In this document: in pieces, positions 1-11,700 of the stretch
Position numbering within the stretch: the first letter of the stretch is position 1
Layout of the letters: each line of letters begins with the position of its first letter
Assembly: GCA_949358305.1 (NCBI GenBank)
Contig: OX442314.1
Location: forward strand, 28,396,001 to 28,460,000
Direction: 5' to 3'
DNA: 64,000 nt
Source of the DNA: Strigamia acuminata
Lineage: Eukaryota
Made by a program: the position numbers and the translations under genes
The notes under the pieces: generated by a model
What the model was told of the DNA's origin: nothing
Database searches by the model: none
What the model saw: only the letters and a program-made list of their open reading frames with translations

Positions 1-170
1 TTTCCTGGCCAACCGTTGCTAAGAAAAAAATATGAAAGCTGCATGAGTGATTGTATTGGTAGCAACACAACCCAACTTATATAATTAAAAACTAACAATT
101 TCATGTGGTCACAATACATAATATCAACATAATATCCCATCCAGTATTGCGAAATAATAGAATTAAATAC

Positions 171-665
171 CTGTCTTATCTTGACGTGCTGTAAATTGCT
201 TGAAATGTTGCTTTTTAACCAAAAATCTGTATAATTTTCAATTTTCACAGCTGCATAAATCATGCATCTCACTGGCAAAATACATTCATGTAATCTTTCG
301 AGGTTGCCTTGCACTGAAGAAACTTCTGGCATTTTTTCCCAGTATTCGGATAAAGATCCGGTATCGAGACTAAAGTACCTAAATTCTGAGTATGTCATTT
401 CACCTATTGGAACATATTCAATTTCAACCTTGAAATGTCCTTCAAAGTAGAATTGGATTCTTTCTATTGTCTGGTAACAACAAATGGTGCCACAAACGAT
501 CAAAACAACGAACCAAACTGCCCGGACTAAACTTCTCTTTTCTTTGTTGAAAATATTATCAATAAACTTCAAACTATCATTGCCTGACAGTGAAGTTTGC
601 ATTTCCTGCCGTACAAAACGACGAATATGACTTCGACGAAGCCTAAGAGCTTTCACCGCAGTCAT
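171..665 (-). CDS. DEG/ENaC-like channel, paralog copy A, first coding exon (gene continues off the window edge)
   Basis: Manual translation from ATG at 665: MTAVKALRLRRSHIRRFVRQEMQTSLSGNDSLKFIDNIFNKEKRSLVRAVWFVVLIVCGTICCYQTIERIQFYFEG...KIRQ then GT donor at 170. Same 495-nt length as, and high identity to, exon 27677-28171. Has the RxxW-TM1 pattern typical of the DEG/ENaC N-terminus. Confidence 0.7.
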
Positions 666-1044
666 TTTGCATCAAATTCTACCGTGGTAATGACATAGCT
701 TCGACAGCTAGCTTAACTCGTGTCTCCGCAAAAAATCCAATTTTTAATTAAAATTTACAATTTGTATATGAAAATCCAGTATCGAAACGCCACTCCCTAA
801 GTGCGAGTCAGGAAAGAAAATTCAATAAATTTAAATTAATTTCAGCGAGAGTATACCGATATGTAATTTAGGTATGTAATTTATGTAAATTATAGTGCAG
901 CAAGTTATGAAAATAAATTGAAAAAATTATTGAGTTTCTGTCTCCGCAAGAAATACAATTTTTAATTAAAATTTATAATTTTATATGAAAATTCGAGAAT
1001 GGGTTGCTGTAGCGACGCAAGATAGCGATGCAAGATAACGACTG

Positions 1045-1700
1045 TCCTGGGCCTAGCCCTCGACCCTCACCTGACCTTCGCTTTACACATTCTGAACCTA
1101 ACTACATTTTTAGCCAGGACCGTTTATATTGTCACTCTCATCCGCAAAGTCCTGTCCAAGCTCGAATTGACATCTTACATTAAATCCAAAGTCCACCCCG
1201 CTATCTCCTATGCTTTCCCTGTCTGGAACTCAACACCCCGCCGCTTCTTGATCCCCCTCCAGTCGGCTTACTACCGAATCCTCCGTGCCTCTTATAAAAT
1301 CCCACCTAGATCCCGTCTCACTCTTTACTGCAACACCCATAAACTCCTGACCCTCTCCAACTTGCTGCGGCTTAATGACCTATCGTCCCTCGCCGATGCC
1401 ATTAGGGACCCTGGACACCCCGCGCCACTCATTCGAGATTAACACCCGTGTCTCCACTTACCGATCCAGAACATTCCCTTATCGCTGTACGAAGATGTGG
1501 AATCATCTCCCGATGGACATCCGTGCTGCCATGCTCGATTGCCCAGCCTTCAATTGTCGCTTCCACTGCTGCCACTTTCATCGCCGCCTAAAAAATTTCC
1601 TGTTGCTCACTCAATGTAATAATTAATCACTCGCTGTCACTCAGCATCACACTGTATTTACTCCCCAGGAGTGCTTGAAAATAAACTAAACTAAACTAAA
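1045..1700 (+). mobile_element. 5'-truncated, frameshifted non-LTR retrotransposon (CR1/L2-like LINE) 3' end
   Basis: Translates LGLALDPHLTF...HPAISYAFPVWNST...LQSAYYRILR, then RSRTFPYRCTKMWNHLP in another frame (typical post-RT region). Ends in AATAAA plus a (CTAAA)n tail. Confidence 0.7.
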
Positions 1701-2475
1701 AGATACACTTTAGCGACGCCTGACGACGCTAAAGTGACCCCCCCCCCAAACAAAAATGAGTTTTGGCAAGAGCACATCGAGTCTGATTTGCATTTTACAT
1801 GTCACAACATTAGTTTCAGGTTTGTTTTATGGTTAGTCCCAGCAGCAGTACATGCAGGGCTTCATTCAAGCCCAGGCCCAACTGATGGTTGCTGCCAACG
1901 CCAATGCCAACGCCATCATCCAACCAGTACAACCTGCGCCGAGTAATCCGCCCAGGCCTCCGCCCAGGCCCCCTCCGAAGGCTACCTGTCGCTAAAACAT
2001 ACATGTCGCTAAAAGGTACCGCACTTTAGTGATGCATATAAGTATGCATCGCTAAAGTGGCAGTCGCTAAAGTAAACAATTTTTTTGATAATTCGCTAAA
2101 CCTTGCGCTAAAGTAAGTTTTTTCCAAAAATCCAATATCAGAATGCCACTCTTCAATTGCGAGTCAGCAAATATATTCAATGAAGTTGAATTAATTTTAG
2201 CGAGAATATACCGGTGTGTAATTTAAGTCAAAGTCGGTTGTTTATGAAAAATTTAAATTAAAAATTGAATCCATTTTCATTAATTTTTGTATTACTTTTC
2301 TAAGATAATAAATAACAATTAAAAAGCACAAGTGCATAATTTTTATAATTTATCTCAATTTATAATTTAAATTTTGTCACAAACATTGGTGATGACAATT
2401 ATAGTGCAGCTTGGACGGATTCGTCCAAGAGTGCAGCACGTTATGAAAATAAACTGAAAAAATTATTGAGTTTCT

Positions 2476-2990
2476 GACCGCTTGGCCACCCATGGGTGAT
2501 CTGCGGCACTACCACACACTACAGAATGGCCCTCGTTTAGTGATACGACCCAGTAAGAGAAAGGAGGGAGCGGAGTGGTGTGGGGAGAGAAGAGCACTGG
2601 GTCTCAACGGGAAACAGACATGTAGACGAGATATCCTGAAGCCAGCAAGAGCAGTCGTGCTCTGTGCTGCCGCTGCTCTCTTTCCTATTCACCACAGTGT
2701 CGACCAATATGGGAAATTTGTAAAAATTGCTAAAATGACTATAACCGCGCCACAGCCTCCACGAGCTATTACATGGGCAATACCTTATAAAAGCAGCAGA
2801 GCATAGGCAACCTAGGGGAATACACAGGGGGTCGCGCTTTAGATTGCGGTTATATGTATCAGGGTTACGAGTATTCAGTCTAAAGGTGCATTTACAAGAG
2901 GAGGAATCAGAAAAACGCAGAAACATACATAACTTAAAAGCACATAAATACCCCAAACTCAAGTGCGGTGCGGCTGCGCCGTGTGATTTA
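2476..2990 (+). mobile_element. Degenerate LTR-like repeat related to the solo LTR at 22105
   Basis: Start TGACCGCTTGGCCACCCATGGGTGATCTGCGGCACTACCACACAC resembles TGACCGGCAGGCCACCTGGGTGACCTGCGGCACTGCCACACAC at 22107; both contain GGAGGGAGYGGAGTGGTGTGG. Right boundary uncertain. Confidence 0.45.
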
Positions 2991-3629
2991 TTCTTTCTCT
3001 CCTGTGTGGAGACTTCCCTAGCAGGAAGTCAAACATGGCGCATATTTTTATTTTCTGTAGTTTCGTGGCATTTGTTTCGAGGGTATGTCAAAAACACCTG
3101 CTCATACATACATAAGCTAAGCATGCGCAATGACATTCCCATGTTTTCCCTATTTGGTTCATTTAATCAGCGGTTTCACTCTTTTCTGAGCCCTCCTTTA
3201 GTGTACATGATGACTAACTGAAATGCTGAGTGTAACTATAAGCCTATCCACCCAGGAAGGCAACATCCACTCATTTGCAAGCTTTGACAACAAGTGAAGT
3301 TTATTCAGCGTGGTTGCCAGAGCAACCACGATAACAATTAGTAGCCAATCTATTACATTCGAAATGTATACAACACCAAAATACGTCTAAACACAACACC
3401 TCCCACCTCCGCGCAACTCGCAATTCAGTTCGTAAAACACCTACTGTGAAAAACATTTCAAAATAAAATTAATTTTGAAGTTTTTATTTTTCTGAAAGTG
3501 CGCCTAGAGAATATAAAATGTATTCTATCTTATTAATTATATCTGTTCCACAAGTGCCATTATTGTGCTAAGTCGAATAATTAAAGGAAAGGGATTACAA
3601 TGTTCAAGTTTTAAAAAAATAAATCTAAC

Positions 3630-3844
3630 TATACTCAAAACCACCACAACGTTGATCTATTGTTCGAGCCGTATCACTGGTGTAGTGGCACAAAAAGTAG
3701 CTCATAACACCATATTTGTAAAAAAAAGTCCAGACATGTGATCGATTACCAACATTGTCAAAGGTACAGAACTACTTTTCCACGTAGCAGAACACATGGC
3801 GTAAACAGGCTAAATACATCAACGTTGTGGTGGTTTTGAGTATA
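3630..3844. mobile_element. MITE with ~27-bp terminal inverted repeats (TA-flanked, Tc1/mariner-like)
   Basis: TATACTCAAAACCACCACAACGTTGAT ... ATCAACGTTGTGGTGGTTTTGAGTATA; internal AGCCGTATCACTGGTGTAGTG is shared with the MITE at 53854. Confidence 0.7.
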
Positions 3845-4511
3845 GCACTTAAATGTTAACAATTTTTTAAAAATCATTTCAATTATCAAAAATTGTGAAT
3901 ATTTCAAAATGAAAGAGTAAACTTAGTCAATAAACAGTTCAAGATTAGCATAAATGTAATGTGACACTAAACAAACATTCAATTCGTCTAAATCGATCAA
4001 GCAAACAACGTTTTTGAGTCAATGAATAGAAGAAGAAAATTCAATCAAAAGATTAAGAAATATGGAAATATACAAGTTAATAATTAAAAAGCATTCAATA
4101 TGGAATTACTAACTTAGGTGCATTCAGATTGGTTAAGCAAATACTTGAAGTTTACTTTCATGAATAAAAAGGTAAGTTCAAGGACAATTACTGACACAAC
4201 CCCTTGCTTAAAGTTAATTAAAATAAATGGACTAACTTAAGCAAAATATGATGTAAAAAACACCATATCCATCAGACATAAAAACAAGATTATCAACTTA
4301 ATGCAGTCAAGCAGATTTTTCGGAACCAATTTTAACTACTAAAATGATTAGACAAGCATTAAAATTCTAAAAGTTTCTCTAAATATTAAACAGTTTAAAC
4401 AACATTTTAGTTTTATATAGACATAATTCAATGCAGGGTCCCCACTTCAAAAATACTGAATTGTACCGTACTAAAAATATAGTTATTTCTACCTACAGTC
4501 TACTACCTTCT

Positions 4512-5030
4512 ACAGTGGGGGGGCAAAAGTAAGTTTACAAACGCATCACGTTGATTCTCCCGGCTGTATCTCAGGAAAAAAGAGAGAAAAATTAATGAAA
4601 TTTTAACTGGATGCTTGTACAACATCCTACGTTATTCACCTAAAATTTTATCAAAATCTATCCATTAGTTTCTGAGAAAAAATTTTTTTTGTGAACTGAC
4701 ATCAAAAAATAAAGGGCAAAATTAAGTTTACATACCCATTATCCACCAACAATTAGCCATTCCCATTATAAAATATGCGGCAAATATTAAAATTTATCCA
4801 TAAACACATGTGTAGTCACTCATACACTTCATTAAAACATCCAAACCACAAGCAATCCCATTGTGAAACACTGAGCAATTGCCTTGACTACGCTTGACTT
4901 TATGCTTAGAATCATTTTTCTGCTAAAATATCCATGTCAAAGGCAGTTTATCATCTGCAAATGGAAGCATAACAGTCCTCCAATACTTTTTTATAAGTAT
5001 ATTTGTCAATGATACCCTTAATTTAATGTT
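4512..5030 (+). mobile_element. Possible Tc1/mariner-like DNA transposon end (fragment)
   Basis: TA-CAGTGGGGGGGCAAAAGTAAGTTTACA start with a subterminal repeat (GGGCAAAATTAAGTTTACA at ~4713); no matching right TIR found. Confidence 0.35.
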
Positions 5031-5064
5031 GTGGACGGATACACATACAGAAAACCATCCCCAA

Positions 5065-5425
5065 GCCATTTGGCTGCATTTTGGGGTCTCAAGTCTTTTG
5101 CTAGGGATTTATCCAATAGTATAGTTAAGATTAGAATGGATAATACTGCAGCGATTGCCTCCATAAATCATCTGGGCAGCCCCAGATCCCGAGATCTTAC
5201 TGCCGTAGCTATGGAAAGAAATATCTCTGTTCAAGCTGAACACATCCCGGGTCGCCTCAATATAGAAGCGGACGCAGCCTCTAGGGGTAAGGTCATAGAC
5301 TCAGGTGACTGGTTGTTAAATCATAAGGTTTTTCACTCCATCGATCATATTTGGGGTCCCTTTTCTTTAGACCTTTTCGCGGCTATGCACAACACGCAAT
5401 TAGAAAACTTTTTTAGCTGGAAGCC
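5065..5425 (+). mobile_element. DIRS-type (tyrosine-recombinase) retrotransposon fragment: RNase H and following region
   Basis: ORF 5031-5522 contains IRMDNTAAIASIN...AEHIPGRLNIEADAASR...DWLL...WGPFSLDLFA...FFSWKP, the DIRS1 RNase H motif series. Confidence 0.8.
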
Positions 5426-5764
5426 ATTTGACTTGGGTAGTATCTTAAGTAAAATACGACGTAAATTATGTCATGTGCAAAAATACATAGTCAAGCAGAT
5501 TTTTCTAAGCGCACCTAGATAAATTTTAAATGATTAGACAGGCATTAAAATTCTAACGATTTCCCTACATATTAAAAAGTTAAAACTATTCTAGTTTTTC
5601 TAGAGACAATACAGAGAAGTGTTAAACACTAAAAAGAAGAGTCATGTACTATAAAACTGTAGTTATTTTTACCTACAGATCGTTTTAGTCACTGAAACTA
5701 AATAAACACTGTACAAGTACAGTAATTGATAATTAATAATTGAAAAGCTGCATTTTACATAACT

Positions 5765-8700
5765 TCAGATTTGATGCTCTGAATTAGTATCTTTTTTAAC
5801 TTTTTTAACTCGAGAATATGATGAAAGGTGTTCTTTTATATTTATTCTGAGTACCATAAACTGATTTACTATCTTTTGCAATAATTCTGGAATTGCAAGA
5901 ATTGAAAGGCCAAGCATTAGTGCAAAAGAATTTCCAATATCGCAAAACAATGCAACTGCAGTGTAGGATAAAATTTGTTTAATCTGTTCAATTATGTTAT
6001 TCAGTGGACTAATACCAAGAACCTTGACTGGAAATGCTTCAGGGTGTTGAAAGTGAACGTAAGGGTCAAATATTTGTTCTTCACAAAGAGGATGACATCC
6101 ACAGTCTTTCGTTATGTCAACTTTTAAGGAATTCTTCATGAATAGTTGTAGTGAAGAAATTGATTCTTCAGCATTTGCACAGGAATTATTTGTTACATTA
6201 TCCAAAAATGGTGTGACGATTCTACTTTTGGGCTAATTTATTAGTCCTTTTGAGATAGATAATTCGGTTTATACAAGACGTTGCTAAGTTTAACAACAAC
6301 CTAACCGAGATAAGCTACGGAAGCCCTTACAAACATGAATATGTGATCAAGTAGGAATAACTTACAGTTTTAGTGTGCCATAACATATTTATTACTAAAT
6401 ATTAATGATAACAGAGATGGGTTCTGGACGCGTGTAAACAGGCGGCATCAACTGGTTGAGGATCCGGGCGAAGCCAAGGGATACGGCTGACTTGCGGCAT
6501 CGTCACAAATAGCGCTACGGAGACGCATTTGGTCCGCAGCTCGAATATCTAATAATGCGAAGAATCCTTCGCATAAGTAGGAATATTCGGCAGAATATTC
6601 CATGTTCCAAATGAATAAAAGTAATTAGTGGAATACAACAAATGAATTGTTGTATAAATATTAATTGGGCGGGGACCGTCACGACAATTGAGAGAACGTC
6701 GCGGGAGTTGTTGAGACTCCATCCGCCAGCATGCCTTACGACGACAAGATCTCGTGATCAGGCGCCGAGTATTTGTTTGTACGCTTTAATTCGCTGTCGG
6801 TGGTACCAACCACCAGGTAAACATTTCTATGGACTTACCGGGTTTAAAAGATATTGCCAATACAGGATTACCAATGCCCGAGTAATTTATTTAACACGAC
6901 ATATTTATATATCATTCACGGGTTACTAACCCGGAGGGTACGATGGGGCGGGGACCGTCACGACGGTCGAGAGAACCATCGCGGGAGGATTTGACTCCTC
7001 CATCCGCCAGCATGCCTTACGATGGCGGGATCCAACGATCGAGCACCGGGTAAAATATTATTTGGCCACTGCCGTTGGATTACCATTATCCAGGTAGTTA
7101 TTTATCGCAACATCTGCAGATATTACTCACGGGCTACCAACCCGGCGTGTTACCTGTGCATTAGGCCTTTACCGACTTTTAACGAGCGGAAGGACCAATC
7201 GTAGAAAGACGGGAACCTGCGTGGGCTGTTTACAACAACCATCCTGCAGCGGACTGTGGCCAGTTAGCTGAGGGACCTACTTTCATTTGGCAAGGTCGTA
7301 CTGTATACGACCGTTATATTAAGCCACCGTACGAAGTCCTACTGTCCCGTAGAACAGCTGGCTAACGTTACGGGGCCATTTCATGCGAATGCATGTCTAT
7401 TACCGGAGTTGGCCTTCCCGAAAAGGCCTTACAACAACAATAACAGATAGTAATGAATACTATCTGTGGAGAGCTGAGGTGGCCTGATGTGTCGATAGAG
7501 AATAATGAAATCAAACGATAACAATTCAACTACAGACAATATACAAGTTCAGTTATCAAGCAAGCCAGCGGAAGTGAGAAACTGGAGCTTATATAGTTCT
7601 GTAGAACTACTAGATTGGCGACAGCCAATCAGCGTACGAATCGGCGGATTCGTGGGTCACTAGTCTGGACCTAATATATGACTATGTCCAGATGGGCCCA
7701 GTTGGGGGCAGGAAGGGTCCAATTGGTTCCCTTCAACAGGTAAGTAATGTAAATATTGATTCGATAGAATCAACTTGTCAAGTAAATAATACTTAATTTA
7801 TATCGAATAAAATAGTTATATTTTATTCACCGTGTTTAAATAATTATTTATCACACTTTTAGTTTTATCGAGTTTGAATTACGCGCGTTTGGTAAACAGC
7901 GCCATCTATTGTGAACATTGATAAATACGGATTTGTAATCATCACACATCCCCCGGTGACAATCATAGAGTTTACCAACTTTTAATTGTCATTCTTAATG
8001 TATAAGAAATGTTCACCTAATTCTATCGAATTAATCCACTTGGTAAGTATTTTTATTAAACTTAATCATGCTATTTCTTTCAGAAACTTCGTCACCCGAT
8101 TAGACTAATCGGCTTCTCTACACAGCGCATCTCCGGGTTGCTAAGCGACGGAAATGGACTCGACCGAACATGGATACATGTTCGAGAAAATTAATTTCGA
8201 TGGAAATTTTTTATTTTTCTCCGTCAGATAAATTCTTCAAGGCTCATTAATCAACAAGATAATCAATAAAATAAACTTATGCAAAATTTTATTTATCGAA
8301 AATCTAACTACTTAACTTTTTATTACGATTGTCATAAAAAATTAACGAATTTCAACTTGAAATTCTTCAGCGCTTCGATCAAAGCAAAAACAAACACAAT
8401 TTTCCACAAATAATTATGAAATTTAAACTAAACAATCACACATATGTTAATATGATTAATTCAAATAAACATCCAAATTGAATTCGAAAAACAATAACAA
8501 ATTAAATTGAATCCAATTTTTAAATTAAACTATACTCGTTTGAGCATTTAATGATTAGTTCAAGATCTTGAAACAAACAAACACAATACTCGTGGGAATA
8601 TTTCGTAATTGCAAAAAACACAACAAAACACTTGGAGTATTTTTAGTCATAAAAAATCTCCACTCGGAAAAATAACGAACGTTAATTTTGTCCCTTTTTA

Positions 8701-11700
8701 ATCTTTCTTTTCGACATCAGTCGAAACTTTCTCTTCCTTCTTCTCGACTTCAGCAGAAGTCAGAAAATCAGATTCTTCAGTCGCCTCTGTCGAGACGGCG
8801 GAAAACACAGCTTCTTCCGGCGCTTCGATTTCATCTGGACTCGGAGGCGGAAACGGCATGTCGTCGAGAAGCTCAGCCACAAAATCAACGACGGAAAGCA
8901 GCTCTTCAGCGTCCTCGAACTGTGCTTCGTCCGAAGTTTCAGACTTAGGCGCGATAGGAGCGCTCGACTCGTCGATCACGACCGCTGGAGGATCCTCCAC
9001 GGGTTTGGACGACGCTTCTACGGCCTGTTGAAGCTTACGAGCTCGCCCTCGTGCCAAGATGTTGGTTCGTTGAACCTTGGCGATTTCTCTCGCTCGGTCG
9101 AGCGTCAGACAGCCTCGTCCACGCGACATCGTTCTCGGTCGGACGAATTCTTCCACGACCTCGCTTCCAACGCTGTCGGCGGCCTGGACAGTTTCAGTTG
9201 AAACTTCGGAGTCCTCGGACGGCGGCGGTGATTGTCGAAGGAGTTCGACTCTTACGCCGGCGTTGGCTTCAGCACGCGTCCAGGTGAGGAAGCGCGGGTC
9301 GATGTATACAGCCTCGCCGCGGCTGTTTAGAAACAATCGGCACTTGGGGCAGTGAGCCCAACATCGCTTCTCATTCGGCTTAATACCTTTCACCACGTGG
9401 GGCTGAACCTCCTTGCGCCACGGCTCCGAACGCGGTCGCGTTTTCCTTCCACGGCAATTTGGACAACGCATCAATGAAGACCCTGCGGATGCACCGCAGC
9501 ACCACCCACAGCCGACGCAAAATGGGCAGATCGTCTCTGTTGCCTGGTCCGTCACGATGTTATCGTGAGGTATTCCGGCTGCCATGTCTCGTTCGCACTG
9601 CTCCTTGCGCAGGCGGGCCTTCTCGTCCTTCTTTTTGGCCTTGTTGGCCGCTCGGTACTCGCGGTTGCGAGAAACAGGCTCCGAATAACGCAAAGCGCCC
9701 GGCGGCGGCTCATTCCATCCGTATTCTGACGCAGAAGACTCAGCACCAGCAGGAAGATGCGTAACAGACGCTGATTGTCCCGTCACGGTCGGTGCAGCCG
9801 CATTCGACGTGTTGGCGACGGTGGGCGCCACGCTTGCAGTTGGCGGTCGAAATTCGGGTGAATGCGGGGCCAACGGGACGTTGATAACGTTCGCGGGCGG
9901 ATACGCCACTTGGGCCATCGGGGCCAATTGTGCCGACTCATAAACGGTTGGCTGTGCAGAAGTGGACGGGGCCTGCATCATCGCATTTAAGTCGAGCGGA
10001 AATCCGTCCGGATGGACGCTCAGCCAATTAAGCGTTGCGAGTTGCAGCGGCGTCAGGGCGTACATCGAGGCGGGCGCCGTCGGTATCGGTTGGGCCCTCA
10101 TGTAAGCACGTTCTGCTGAACGGCGTTGCTCGTCACTAGACGAGGTGGACGAGCTGGAGCTTTCATGTCGGTGTCGTCGATGACTCCTTTTTGAGCGGTG
10201 TTTACCACTTCCCATAATTAGAAGCTAGTTTTCCTGGGTTGAAGTTGGCTAAATGAATTAGCGTCGAAATTCTCAAGTCGAAAAGCGAAGACGGTTGAAG
10301 GGACGAAGTCACTAGTATCCGTGTGTTTAACGAAGTGTTTGTGTGCAATGAACCCTGGGAATTTTATTCCCTATTAATTGTCGGGTTCGAGGTTTAATCA
10401 CACCTCGTAAGTCTCGTACCTTCGTAATTACGCGAGATTATCACTTTTCAAAGTAATTCTCTGTATTTTGGTTAAAATACATGTAAATACGACCAAAAAA
10501 TTAAAATATTCTACCGAATATTTAATTCATCGCAACAAATTCATATTTTAATATAAATTTCCATAAGTATCGTAATATCTTGTCCCCCGGTGTTGAGATT
10601 ATAAATCACTACACCTGTCAGACATGTAAATAATTACAGTCTCCAAGTTTTGAATAAAACTTATCAATTCCAACAGAACTTTGAGGCTTTTCCTCGTTGT
10701 TGGTAAGGTTTTTTAAATACTGCAGTGATGTTTCGCACGAAATTTTCATCTGCATATTTAGGATTTGGTTTTCGTTCTCGTCGTGGATGAGTGCTAGTTC
10801 GAGGAACTATCGGTTGGGGTTTGCGGGGTTTTCGAGGCGGTTTCTTTGGAACTTCGCCTCTTTTTAACGCCGCTTTCCTTTCTATAGCAGTTAAGCGTTG
10901 TCTATGTCTATGTTTAGACTTTGTGGGCGCAGATTTGTCAATCTGCACTGAAGTTGAGTCGGATAATTCCATTGGAATTTCTGAGGAAGTTTCAGGAATT
11001 AATTCCATTTCTTCAGCATCCGGAAGTTGATTACTTTCGTCCATCCATTTAGGATTTTCTTGAGGCGAGTAAGAGGCGGACTTTTGTCCTACTTTCCAAG
11101 TCTCAATCGGGTACGAGGGCGTATAGGGGTACAACGCTTTAATGTTCACTGATTTTTCGATCGAACCATCAGATAATTTGCGTAATTTATACGCTCCGCC
11201 TGGAAGTACTTTAGTAATCTCCCACGGACCATCTCTCTTCTCTGCGAAACCAGCAGAAATATTTTTATCTGCGCACGAGAGAATGTGAGTTTGTTTCCAA
11301 ACTAAATCTCCAACTTCAAACTCCGTAATTACGAACTTTTGTTCGTGTATTTTCCTATGTCGTTCAAAATTCAATTGAATTCTGCGATGCATCTCTTGAT
11401 GCGATCTAATACATCCAATAGTACTCTAACATATTTTTCTGGATTTTCTTTGTCAAATGGATTGGCATGTTTGATAATCCTTGGGTCGAAGGGTAATGTT
11501 ACGATTCTCCCCGTGTTAAGTAGCATCGGGCTTGAGCCTGTTGCCGATGACACATTATTTCGCATTGCAAACGCAAATTCGTCTAAATAACGTGACCATT
11601 GCGTGTGCACATCTGTGTACAGGGCCAACATCGTCTTTATATCTCTATTGGCTCGCTCTGTCGGGTTCGCCTGGGCATGATACGTGCTTGTATGGGACGG

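Noticed and set aside
6642..7204. Plus-strand ORFs in the LTRs (also 18839-19401)
   Set aside because: Short, no recognisable motifs, duplicated only because the LTR is; they overlap the structured repeat.
7440..7520. Hammerhead ribozyme in the LTR (CTGATG...GAAA)
   Set aside because: Core reads CTGATGTG rather than CTGATGA and the required stems do not form.
8698..10215. ORF3 as a retroviral/errantivirus env gene
   Set aside because: No signal peptide, fusion-peptide or C-terminal TM segment; composition is that of a soluble, largely disordered protein.
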